The notes under the pieces are model-generated. The model saw only the letters and a program-made list of their open reading frames with translations. It did no database searches and was not told the DNA's origin. The position numbers and the translations under genes were made by a program. Below, in pieces: positions 46,610 to 56,225 of a stretch of DNA of 57,457 nucleotides; the stretch's first letter is position 1; each line of letters begins with the position of its first letter. The DNA comes from a virus (lineage: Duplodnaviria > Caudoviricetes): IMG/VR virus record IMGVR_UViG_3300032224_000443, positions 1 to 57,457 of that record; one strand, given 5' to 3'.

Positions 46610-49600
46610 ATGGCATTTCCTAGTAGTCCATATGATGGTCAACAATATACCCAAGCGGGGTATGTTTATCAGTATTATGCTTCTTTAAATCTTTGGAAGA
46701 AAATTTCTGCTGTTTCACAGACTACTACTTCTATTACTACTGGTACTGCTAATATTACTTCTGCTAATATTACTACATCTATCACAAGCAACACAGCAAC
46801 TGTCAATAATGCAATTATAAGTTCTGCTAATATCACCAACATTAATGTTACTGGTACTGCAAACTTTGATGCTGACATTTCTGTTGGTAATGTTTACCTT
46901 ACTGGTATAAGTGCTAATGGTAGTTTTGGAACAGCTGGTCAAATACTTACAGCAAATGGCCATGGAGTATTTTGGAATTCTGCTGCCAGTTTAACTGGTT
47001 ACACAGGATCTATTGGTTACTCTGGATCTATTGGAAACACTGGTTATTCAGGATCAAAAGGTGATATTGGATTTACAGGTTCTAGAGGAAATAATGGTAC
47101 TAATGGTGCAGATGGATATACTGGGTCATTTGGTAATACAGGTTACACCGGATCTTTTGGATCTACTGGTTATACTGGTTCATTAGGTCAAGGATTTACA
47201 TATCAGGGAACATGGACTGGAACAACACACGGATATTATTATCCCTATGATGTTGTTACGTATAATGGTTCAACTTATGTTTGCACAAATCCTGTATACG
47301 GCAATACAATTCCACCAAACGATGCTTCCTGGACATTGATTGCTCAAATGGGATCTACCGGATTTGCCGGTTCCTTTGGTAATACTGGTTATACTGGATC
47401 ATTGGGTGTAACAGGATTTACTGGATCTTTTGGTGATATTGGTTATACTGGTTCAATTGGATTTACTGGCTCATTTGGTAATACTGGATTTACAGGATCA
47501 TTTGGTAATACTGGTTACACAGGTTCTGTAGGATTTACTGGCTCATTTGGTAATACTGGATTTACAGGATCTGCAGGCACTAATGGTACAAACGGAACCA
47601 ATGGTGCTGATGGATATTTAGGATCTACAGGTTTTACCGGATCATTTGGTAATACTGGTTATACTGGATCATTTGGATCTACCGGTTTCACTGGATCATT
47701 TGGTAATGCTGGTTATACCGGTTCAGTTGGATTTACAGGGTCTGTAGGTTTCACTGGATCTTATGGTAATACTGGTTACGTTGGCTCTAAAGGCGATCAA
47801 GGTGCAACAGGTTTAAGCTCAAGTTATTTTACTTATCAAATTAGAACATCATCATATATTACATATGTTGGCGATGGAAATATTGCATATAGTAACACTA
47901 CACAAATAAATTCAAATACTCTTTTTATAAGTCATTTAACAAAAGACAATGTAGATGTTGATATTTTTCTTGGATTGCTTGCAAATACTCAAACAATAGT
48001 TATTCAAGATGCTAACGATAGTACAAATTACCAAGAGTGGTCTATAATTGGCACACCTTATAATCAATACCCAAATAATGGTAATAGTACTTGGGATATT
48101 CCTGTTTCATTAATTAAGTCCGCAGGAACAGGAACTACTAATTTTGCTAGTGCACATACAGTAATTCTTGCTCTAACATCAGGTATTACTGGTTATGTTG
48201 GATCTAAAGGGGATACAGGTTATTCAGGTTCTGTAGGATATACAGGATCTATTGGTAATGTAGGATATACAGGTTCCTTAGGTGACTCAGGTTATGTTGG
48301 TTCAAAAGGTGATCAGGGAATAACTGGTTTCACTGGATCAAAAGGTGACACTGGATCAACAGGGTTTACTGGATCTTTTGGTAATACAGGTTATACTGGA
48401 TCTTTTGGAACAACTGGATTTACCGGATCATTTGGTAACACGGGGTTCACAGGATCTTTTGGTAATACAGGTTATACTGGATCTTTTGGAACAACTGGAT
48501 TTACCGGATCATTTGGTAATACAGGTTACACCGGATCATTTGGTAATACAGGTTACACCGGATCATTTGGTAACACAGGGTTCACTGGATCATTTGGTAA
48601 CACCGGATACACAGGTTCATTTGGATCAACTGGATATACAGGATCTTTTGGACGTGATGGTATACAAGGTGCAAATGGATTTACAGGATCTGTTGGATCA
48701 ACAGGATTTACTGGTTCATTTGGAAACATTGGTTATACTGGTTCAGTAGGTCCTGTTGCAGGTTCTGATACTCAAATTGTTTACAATGCAAGTGGTGTTG
48801 CCAATGCATCGCCATACTTTACTTTTGATTATGTTAACCATGATTTAACCGTTGGTAATAATATTGCTTTAGGAAACAATATTACGTTCAGTGGTTCAAA
48901 TTCTTCTATAACACAAAACAATTTTGTAATTTATTCTAATTGGAAAAATAACACTCAAAATTTAGGTCCTTTGCTTGTATTAGGTAAAAATATAAAGGAC
49001 ATGTATAATGGTGGAGGTGGCAGTACTATATACGATCTTGAAGATAGTTTTGCCCCTGACCAAAATATTTTAATTGCAAACGGAACAGCAATTCAACTTG
49101 GTAGATATGGCAATGCATTAATTGCAAACACAACAGGTATCAATTTTACAGGAAACAAAGGTACCATTAATGGTGTAAAAATACTTTATGCTAATGGTGT
49201 TCTTGGAACAGATAGTCAAGTTCTTTCTACAAATTCAACTGGTGGAATTTATTGGTCTACTACAGTTGGATATGCAGGATCTGTTGGATTTACAGGTTCA
49301 ATTGGTGGAACTGGATATGCTGGATCATTTGGATCTACCGGTTATACTGGATCTTTTGGTAATACGGGTTATACTGGATCAAAGGGTGATCAAGGTAGCT
49401 ATGGTCCTACTGGTTTCACTGGTTCTTTTGGTAACACAGGGTTCACAGGATCCATAGGTAGTGTTGGTTTTACTGGTTCATTTGGTAACACTGGATATAC
49501 AGGTTCAATTGGATCAACAGGATATACTGGTTCATTTGGTAATACTGGATACACTGGATCTATAGGTGGAACAGGATTTACCGGATCTGCAGGAACGAAT

Positions 49601-52600
49601 GGAACCAATGGTACAAATGGTACAAATGGTACTAATGGCACAAATGGTAACGATGGATATCTTGGATCTACAGGCTTTACTGGATCGATAGGATCTACAG
49701 GCTTTACTGGATCGATAGGATCTACTGGTTATGTTGGATCTCAAGGTCCTGCTGGTACATTTGGTGGTGCTGCATTTGATTATTTGTATAGTACTAGCCT
49801 CACACATTTATCAACTGCAAATGGCTATGTGAATTTCAACAATACAAACTTCACATATGCAACTACTTTGTTTATTGATTATCTAGATAACCTAGGTTCA
49901 AATAGCTATAGTTTCTTGCAGACGATAGATGATTCAACATCTTCTATCAAGGGCCACTTCTCAATTAAAGATACGGCTAACGTACTTAACTATGCAATGT
50001 TTGCTATTACAGGTTCATTGGCTCCTGATACTGATCACTTTGATGTTCCAGTTTCATGGTTGAGTGGTGTAACATCATTTACTAATGGTACCAATACAAT
50101 TATCACTTTTGCAAGAACTGGTGATATTGGTCAGACAGGTTACACTGGTTCTGTTGGTATTGGTTATACTGGTTCTGCAGCTGCGAGCACATTCTCTAAT
50201 GGCCAATCTATATCGGTAGCAAATGTAACAATAACACAATCATTAATTGCAAATAACACCGGTGGAAATTCTGGCCAACTGTTATTTTCAAATGGAACAG
50301 GAATATATTGGGCCAATACTCCAACTACTGTTACATATGCTAACGTCAACGTAACAACTATTACAGCAAACAGTCTTGCATCTGATTATATTAATATTGG
50401 TGTTGGTTATCTTACTATAGGTAATAGTACTGTCAATACTACTATATCAAATAACTATTTTAGAGTATCAAATACCACATCCAACGTTGTATATTCACTT
50501 ACAGATTTTAGAGTTCCGGTTGGTAATACAGCACAGCGTCCTGCTAATGCTACTACTGGCTATATTAGATTCAATACTGATACAACAGATTTAGAATATG
50601 CTTCTAATAGCACTCAATGGTATTCTATCACTACTCAAGAGACTCTTACATCAAATAATATTAATATTACTAATACTATTAATATAGGTAATACTGCTAC
50701 CAATACAGTAATTACAAATGCTTCTGTAAGAACAACAACAGCAAATGTCAGTGTAATTAATGCCACTGGCAATGTAATTATATCTGGTAACAATTCAGTA
50801 TTTAAAGTTCCTGTGGGAACAACTGCTCAACGTCCTTCTCCAGCAGCAACTGGTTACATTAGATTTAATACAGACACAACTGATCTTGAATATGCAGCAA
50901 ATTCTACTCAATGGTATTCAATTACTACACAAGAAACATTAACATCTAATAATATTAATATTACAAATCAAATTAATATTGGTAATACTGCTACTAATAC
51001 AACAATTTCTTCCACAAACGTATCAACAACTTATGTTAATACAAGATATATTGTTGCTAATAATGTTATTGGTTCTAATGGTAGCATATTAACATCTAAT
51101 TCAACAGGTGGTATATATTGGTCTAATACAATTACAGCTAACAATTCTAAAGGTGCAGCTGGAAGTGTTCTTACTTCTAACGGCAACGGAATGTATTGGT
51201 CTAATGCAGTCAATACATTAACTGCTACTTCGTTGGTGGCCAATAGCATGGTCGCTGATTCTATAGACATTGGTATTGGTTGGTTGACTGTTGGTAACAG
51301 TACAGTTAATACTCAAATAACCAATACATCAATTGGTACATCTATTGCTACTATGCAAACTGTTTATTTTACTTCCGATTTAAGTACACCATTTTCAACA
51401 TGGTCTACAACATTAGATTCATCAACACCTAAATCTGTTACTATTCCAACTGTTGCTCTTAATAGTGCAACTGGAACCGGATATACTGTAGAATTTTTTG
51501 TTAAATTTACATCATTGTCAACATCTTCTACATTAGATGCATATGGTTCTACTGGTGTTAATTCATTAGGATGGAGTGCAAATACTTCAACTATATCACT
51601 TTACAATAATGGTTATAGTGGTGCAGGTAGTGTAACAGGATTAAATCTTCAAAATGATACTTGGTATCATATGGCCTATATTGGTTATAATGGTGGAACT
51701 TATTTTGCTATTAATGGAATTGTTAAAAATCTTAATACTATTGGTGGTTATAATGGATATGATGCAACAGGTACTTGGACTGGCGGATGGTCTAAATTAA
51801 CCGGTGATGCAACATATTCTAATTTTAGAATTGTAACTGGAAGAAATATTTACAGCGTAGTTGGTTTTACTGCACCACAACAAGCACTTGCTTTTATTAG
51901 TGGTACACAATTACTTGCTTTAAAAACACAACTATTTTGGTATTATAATGCTGCTAGTGGAGGTTCAAGTTATGCAGGACTTCTAACAAGATCTGGTTCG
52001 CCTTTAATGTCTGCAGATAATATTTCTTTATCAACTGGAGTATTAACGGTTGCTGGTAGTATTCAAAACGGTATTTTAGATACGCCATCCATTTATACAA
52101 AATATTTGTATGCTGGAGAATCTTTAGGAACAGATGCTCAAGTATTATCTTCAAATTCAACCGGTGGAATATATTGGTCTTCTGTTATTGGTTATGCAGG
52201 ATCAAAAGGAACTACTGGTTACACAGGATCAATTGGTTCATTAGGGTATACAGGTTCATTTGGTAATACTGGATTTACGGGGTCTGTTGGATATGCAGGT
52301 TCTGTTGGGTCATTGGGTTATACTGGTTCTGTAGGATATACAGGATCTTTTGGTAGCATAGGATATACTGGTTCACAAGGTACTGCTGGCTACACAGGCT
52401 CGTTTGGTTATACCGGATCACAAGGTGATACTGGTTATGTTGGATCTATTGGTTCAGTAGGTTATACAGGTTCTATTGGTGCAGGTTATACAGGATCATC
52501 AGGTTCAGGTTATGTTGGATCAGTAGGTTATACAGGATCATCTGGTTCTGTCGGTTATACGGGTTCATCAGGAGGTGGTGGTTCATCAGTAACTGTATCC

Positions 52601-52777
52601 GCAACAGTACCAGTTTCACCATCTGCAGGAAATCTCTGGTGGAACACTGAAACAGGTTCATTATATATATACTATGATGATGGTGATTCACAGCAATGGG
52701 TATCTGCATCACCTTCACCTGCAGCATCAGCAGTTAAAACATCATTTGGATATTCAATTATATTTGGAGGATACTAA
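46610..52777 (+). CDS. Giant collagen-like fibre protein (2055 aa) with CBM-like and LamG-like domains
   Basis: G(Y/F)TGS(F/I/V)G(N/S)T runs; Y.G.W.....Y...DVVTYNGSTYVC...W module (~47200-47350); TIDDSTS.IKG.F domain; duplicated VPVG.TAQRP...GYIRFNTD; YTVEFFVK...WYH.A...NG...NFRI (ConA/LamG-like); C-terminal P..P..GNLWW...LYIYY.DG...QWV. Confidence 0.85.
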   Translation: MAFPSSPYDGQQYTQAGYVYQYYASLNLWKKISAVSQTTTSITTGTANITSANITTSITSNTATVNNAIISSANITNINVTGTANFDADISVGNVYLTGISANGSFGTAGQILTANGHGVFWNSAASLTGYTGSIGYSGSIGNTGYSGSKGDIGFTGSRGNNGTNGADGYTGSFGNTGYTGSFGSTGYTGSLGQGFTYQGTWTGTTHGYYYPYDVVTYNGSTYVCTNPVYGNTIPPNDASWTLIAQMGSTGFAGSFGNTGYTGSLGVTGFTGSFGDIGYTGSIGFTGSFGNTGFTGSFGNTGYTGSVGFTGSFGNTGFTGSAGTNGTNGTNGADGYLGSTGFTGSFGNTGYTGSFGSTGFTGSFGNAGYTGSVGFTGSVGFTGSYGNTGYVGSKGDQGATGLSSSYFTYQIRTSSYITYVGDGNIAYSNTTQINSNTLFISHLTKDNVDVDIFLGLLANTQTIVIQDANDSTNYQEWSIIGTPYNQYPNNGNSTWDIPVSLIKSAGTGTTNFASAHTVILALTSGITGYVGSKGDTGYSGSVGYTGSIGNVGYTGSLGDSGYVGSKGDQGITGFTGSKGDTGSTGFTGSFGNTGYTGSFGTTGFTGSFGNTGFTGSFGNTGYTGSFGTTGFTGSFGNTGYTGSFGNTGYTGSFGNTGFTGSFGNTGYTGSFGSTGYTGSFGRDGIQGANGFTGSVGSTGFTGSFGNIGYTGSVGPVAGSDTQIVYNASGVANASPYFTFDYVNHDLTVGNNIALGNNITFSGSNSSITQNNFVIYSNWKNNTQNLGPLLVLGKNIKDMYNGGGGSTIYDLEDSFAPDQNILIANGTAIQLGRYGNALIANTTGINFTGNKGTINGVKILYANGVLGTDSQVLSTNSTGGIYWSTTVGYAGSVGFTGSIGGTGYAGSFGSTGYTGSFGNTGYTGSKGDQGSYGPTGFTGSFGNTGFTGSIGSVGFTGSFGNTGYTGSIGSTGYTGSFGNTGYTGSIGGTGFTGSAGTNGTNGTNGTNGTNGTNGNDGYLGSTGFTGSIGSTGFTGSIGSTGYVGSQGPAGTFGGAAFDYLYSTSLTHLSTANGYVNFNNTNFTYATTLFIDYLDNLGSNSYSFLQTIDDSTSSIKGHFSIKDTANVLNYAMFAITGSLAPDTDHFDVPVSWLSGVTSFTNGTNTIITFARTGDIGQTGYTGSVGIGYTGSAAASTFSNGQSISVANVTITQSLIANNTGGNSGQLLFSNGTGIYWANTPTTVTYANVNVTTITANSLASDYINIGVGYLTIGNSTVNTTISNNYFRVSNTTSNVVYSLTDFRVPVGNTAQRPANATTGYIRFNTDTTDLEYASNSTQWYSITTQETLTSNNINITNTINIGNTATNTVITNASVRTTTANVSVINATGNVIISGNNSVFKVPVGTTAQRPSPAATGYIRFNTDTTDLEYAANSTQWYSITTQETLTSNNINITNQINIGNTATNTTISSTNVSTTYVNTRYIVANNVIGSNGSILTSNSTGGIYWSNTITANNSKGAAGSVLTSNGNGMYWSNAVNTLTATSLVANSMVADSIDIGIGWLTVGNSTVNTQITNTSIGTSIATMQTVYFTSDLSTPFSTWSTTLDSSTPKSVTIPTVALNSATGTGYTVEFFVKFTSLSTSSTLDAYGSTGVNSLGWSANTSTISLYNNGYSGAGSVTGLNLQNDTWYHMAYIGYNGGTYFAINGIVKNLNTIGGYNGYDATGTWTGGWSKLTGDATYSNFRIVTGRNIYSVVGFTAPQQALAFISGTQLLALKTQLFWYYNAASGGSSYAGLLTRSGSPLMSADNISLSTGVLTVAGSIQNGILDTPSIYTKYLYAGESLGTDAQVLSSNSTGGIYWSSVIGYAGSKGTTGYTGSIGSLGYTGSFGNTGFTGSVGYAGSVGSLGYTGSVGYTGSFGSIGYTGSQGTAGYTGSFGYTGSQGDTGYVGSIGSVGYTGSIGAGYTGSSGSGYVGSVGYTGSSGSVGYTGSSGGGGSSVTVSATVPVSPSAGNLWWNTETGSLYIYYDDGDSQQWVSASPSPAASAVKTSFGYSIIFGGY
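48371..48519. repeat. 68-bp exact direct repeat in the collagen-like region
   Basis: 48371-48438 = 48452-48519 (81-bp offset). Confidence 0.85.
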
Positions 52778-52779
52778 TA

Positions 52780-53142
52780 ATGGCAGCTCCTAATCTGCTT
52801 TCTTTAACTACAGGTACAGGTAAGACATTACTTGCAAACGTTGTTTATTCTGCAGGATCTAATACTACACTATTAGCTGGAACTACAAACCAAGTTTATA
52901 AAATAAACACAGTGGTAGTTTCTAATATTGATGGTACTACAGGTTATGATGTAACAATGTATTATTATAATGGTTCTGTTGCATATCCAGTTGCATATCA
53001 AATTACAGTTCCTGCAAAATCAACTCTTGTATTGTTTGATAAGTCAGCACAGATTTATCTTGAAGAAACACATTCTCTTCAAGCTGGTACTTCTGCAAAC
53101 AATAAATTAACTGCATTAGTCAGCTATGAGATCTTATCGTAA
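52780..53142 (+). CDS. Small beta-sandwich fibre-associated protein
   Basis: MAAPN......TGKT ... KIN...V.NIDG ... I.VPA.STLV..DK...IYLEE ... SYE. Confidence 0.7.
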   Translation: MAAPNLLSLTTGTGKTLLANVVYSAGSNTTLLAGTTNQVYKINTVVVSNIDGTTGYDVTMYYYNGSVAYPVAYQITVPAKSTLVLFDKSAQIYLEETHSLQAGTSANNKLTALVSYEILS

Positions 53143-54299
53143 TGTCTAGAGAAAACGGTGGAGTTGTAGGCAAATATAATCCTTCTAGTTTAAATACTAC
53201 ATCAGGGGTATATAATATTAAAACTCAGTTTGCTTACAATGCATCGTCATTGTGGCCACGAAGTGGTAGCTTGTTTGTAGGTGTAGCTCATGCATCATCT
53301 CCTTTTTTTTCTATATATTCTTTTTCTTCTTTAGGATTTGGAGCTAAACTTTCAGATCCTGCAACTTTACTTACTAGCTTAAGTAGTTCAATAGGTTTTG
53401 CTCCCAATGGTAAAATTTTAGCAGCTGCGCATTCTTCTACACCCTTCATTAGTGCTTATTCATTTAGCGGTAGCGGAATTGGTACAAAATATAGTAATCC
53501 AGTCTCGCTTCCTGCAGGTACTGGTAATAAAGTAATTTTCAATCCATCAGGCAATACAGTAGTAATGGGTCACGCAATTACACCGTTTATATCAGCTTAT
53601 CCAATTGATATTGTTAATGGTTTTGGTACTAGATACTCTGATCCAACATCATTGCCAGCAGGTACAGTAAACGGAGTGACCTTTAACAATAATGGTACTG
53701 ATTTGTTTGCAGCGCATGCTACATCTCCTTATATTACAGCCTATCAATGGAACAATGGTTTTAGTTCAAAATATAGTAATCCTGGTACACCAGTATCCAC
53801 AAGTGGTCCTACTGGTCAATCTATTGTAGTTACAGCAGCAGGTACAACAGTTATTTTAGGAACTTCTTCTTCTCAAAATGCTGAAGTTGTTTATTACAAT
53901 GCATGGGATTTTGTTTCTGGTGTGGGTTTTGGAAGTAAGCAGAGTGGCATGCCAACACAACCTGGTGGGACACCGGGTGAAGATATAACTGAAGTTTCTC
54001 TAAAACCAGATGAAACTGCTATAGCAGCATCAACTAATGGCAAATCCCCATATGTTTTTACATATGCATATAACAATGGATTTGGCACTAGATACTCAGA
54101 TCCTACAACACTTCCAGCTGGAGCTGGTCAAAGTGTTGCATTTGATCCCAATGGTCAATATTTAGCTGTAGCACATTCATCTTCACCTTATATAACTGTA
54201 TATCCATGGAGTACTAATACAGGATATGGGACAAAAATATCCAATCCAACTACTTTACCTACTGGTAACGGAAATGGAATTGCTTGGGGAAGAGTTTAA
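53142..54299 (+). CDS. Beta-propeller protein (about 7 blades), candidate receptor-binding
   Basis: Repeats of ~45 aa: F.P.G..L..AH..SP.I.AY.....GFG..YS.P..LP.G. Confidence 0.8.
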   Translation: MSRENGGVVGKYNPSSLNTTSGVYNIKTQFAYNASSLWPRSGSLFVGVAHASSPFFSIYSFSSLGFGAKLSDPATLLTSLSSSIGFAPNGKILAAAHSSTPFISAYSFSGSGIGTKYSNPVSLPAGTGNKVIFNPSGNTVVMGHAITPFISAYPIDIVNGFGTRYSDPTSLPAGTVNGVTFNNNGTDLFAAHATSPYITAYQWNNGFSSKYSNPGTPVSTSGPTGQSIVVTAAGTTVILGTSSSQNAEVVYYNAWDFVSGVGFGSKQSGMPTQPGGTPGEDITEVSLKPDETAIAASTNGKSPYVFTYAYNNGFGTRYSDPTTLPAGAGQSVAFDPNGQYLAVAHSSSPYITVYPWSTNTGYGTKISNPTTLPTGNGNGIAWGRV

Positions 54300-54323
54300 T
54301 TTTTTAATACAGGAGAACTACAA

Positions 54324-54692
54324 ATGACTATACAATTTTATTCAATTACAGATAACGATAAGAAACTAAATCTTGCAAGAGCATTAGTAGGACGTGAGAA
54401 TGAAATTCATTCTTATGATGTTAATATTGGTAATTATGAAGCAATTTTAATATCACTTCCTTCTGATGATTGGCCGGATCTTATTGCATCATATAAAAAC
54501 ACACCTATTGATTCTGTACCTTCTGATCTTCAACAAAATGTCACAGACTATCAATTTAGAGATAGAGTAAGAGCACTTGTTGCGACAGAAAGACTAGAAA
54601 GAAGCAAATCTGTAAAAGTATATGAAGCGATTGTTGCTCAATTACCTGAGAATGAAATTTCTACATTAGTTGCACAAGTATTAGCGTCTTAA
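54324..54692 (+). CDS. Hypothetical helical protein (possible fibre assembly chaperone)
   Basis: AGGAG SD; charged helical 122-aa protein directly after the propeller gene. Function is a guess from position. Confidence 0.6.
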   Translation: MTIQFYSITDNDKKLNLARALVGRENEIHSYDVNIGNYEAILISLPSDDWPDLIASYKNTPIDSVPSDLQQNVTDYQFRDRVRALVATERLERSKSVKVYEAIVAQLPENEISTLVAQVLAS

Positions 54693-54725
54693 TAAATACT
54701 AGAGTATTCATAACAGAAAAATAAC

Positions 54726-56225
54726 ATGGCAATTAATTTTCCTAGTAATCCAACAAATAATCAGATATACTCCTATGGTAGCCAGAATTGGTTCTGGGCT
54801 AATAATTATGGGGTGTGGCAAGTTAATACTGCTGTAACTGGTTATGTTGGATCATTAGGTTATACTGGATCTACTGGTTATACAGGATCTGTTGGTTTTG
54901 TAGGTTCTAAAGGTGATATAGGATATACCGGATCACAAGGTTATACTGGTTCTGCAGGATACATCGTTAATTCTGCTGCAACTATTGATACTGAAATTAC
55001 TGCTGATGCTCCTCTTGCTTGGTGGAAGTTCAACGAAACTTCTGGTACTACAATTACCAACTATGGTTCGTTAGGATCGGGGATTAATCTAACATTGAGT
55101 GGTACCTGGACTCTAGGTTCTGCCAAGATTGTACCATCATCTAATGATTTGTTTGCATTTTGTGCTACTACATCTTCATATGCTAGTGTTGCTAATACTA
55201 TTTTTGGAGTACCACATACTGGTGATCATACGTTAGAAGCTATATTGGTATTAACCAGCGATGGTACAAATGCTAATAGAGTATTCAGTATTACGGATGT
55301 TGGTGAAACTTCCGCTACCAACATGCAAGCTGCATTATTTGCAACTACAGCTGGTGAACTTTTTGATTTTTGGGAATATAGTTCAGGTACTAACGTTGAC
55401 GTTACTTCAAACGTACAAGTTAAAAGAGGTGAACCTATCCATGTTGTTTTTGTTAAAAATAGTACAGCAAAAACAGTAACATATTATGTAAATGGTATAA
55501 AGACAAATGTCATTAGTTATACTAACGAACCTACTGGTGGTAGTACAACTTATATTAGAATTGGTAATAACGGTACTGATACTACATCACGTTTTGCTAT
55601 TGCTCATATGGCAGCATATAATACACAATTATCAGATGCTAGAATTCTACAACATGCCAAAGCTGCTGGTCTTTATTCTTACGGTTATGTTTATTCTTCT
55701 CAAATTGCAGGTTATGTGGGATCGCAAGGTAACTTAGGTTATACAGGATCTATAGGGTATACAGGCTCTATTGGTTTTACTGGATCCTTTGGATCAACTG
55801 GATATACAGGATCATTTGGAACAACTGGATTTACTGGATCAGTTGGATTTACTGGATCAGTTGGGTTTTTAGGGTCTGTTGGGTTTGTAGGTTCAAGAGG
55901 AAACACCGGTTTCACTGGATCTGCTGGTTTTACTGGATCTGTTGGTTTTACTGGATCAGTTGGATTTGTGGGTTCTGCAGGTGTTGGATATGCAGGTTCA
56001 AGCGGTTCTTCTGCTACAATCAATACAGCTGCTTCTTATGCATTTACTAACGTTACTGCATCAGGAAATGCCACAACAGGTGCTATTACAACAACCGGTG
56101 GTATTGGTGTTGCAAATAACGTTTATGTTGGAGGTCGTGTGGGATGGTCTAATACCACAAACATAAGTGTGGTGTATACATATTATAATACAACTACCAA
56201 TTCTCTCGATACGGTATTTGGTTAA
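54726..56225 (+). CDS. Collagen-like fibre protein with LamG/ConA-like lectin domain
   Basis: MAINFPS.P N-terminus; G(Y/F)TGS runs flanking PLAWWKFNETSG...TLEA...HVVFV...YVNG...A.YN..LS...I..H. AATAAATA late-like box at 54691-54698. Confidence 0.82.
   Translation: MAINFPSNPTNNQIYSYGSQNWFWANNYGVWQVNTAVTGYVGSLGYTGSTGYTGSVGFVGSKGDIGYTGSQGYTGSAGYIVNSAATIDTEITADAPLAWWKFNETSGTTITNYGSLGSGINLTLSGTWTLGSAKIVPSSNDLFAFCATTSSYASVANTIFGVPHTGDHTLEAILVLTSDGTNANRVFSITDVGETSATNMQAALFATTAGELFDFWEYSSGTNVDVTSNVQVKRGEPIHVVFVKNSTAKTVTYYVNGIKTNVISYTNEPTGGSTTYIRIGNNGTDTTSRFAIAHMAAYNTQLSDARILQHAKAAGLYSYGYVYSSQIAGYVGSQGNLGYTGSIGYTGSIGFTGSFGSTGYTGSFGTTGFTGSVGFTGSVGFLGSVGFVGSRGNTGFTGSAGFTGSVGFTGSVGFVGSAGVGYAGSSGSSATINTAASYAFTNVTASGNATTGAITTTGGIGVANNVYVGGRVGWSNTTNISVVYTYYNTTTNSLDTVFG

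Noticed and set aside
50505-51010. Duplicated VPVG.TAQRP...GYIRFNTD segment as a DGR template/variable repeat pair
   Set aside because: Both copies are in frame in one ORF, differences are mostly synonymous and not adenine-specific, and there is no reverse transcriptase in the window.
37950-56000. Periodic GGTTATACTGGATCT-like repeats resembling a CRISPR array or satellite
   Set aside because: Units vary at third codon positions, stay in frame within long ORFs and have no unique spacers; they are coding collagen repeats. No cas operon is present.
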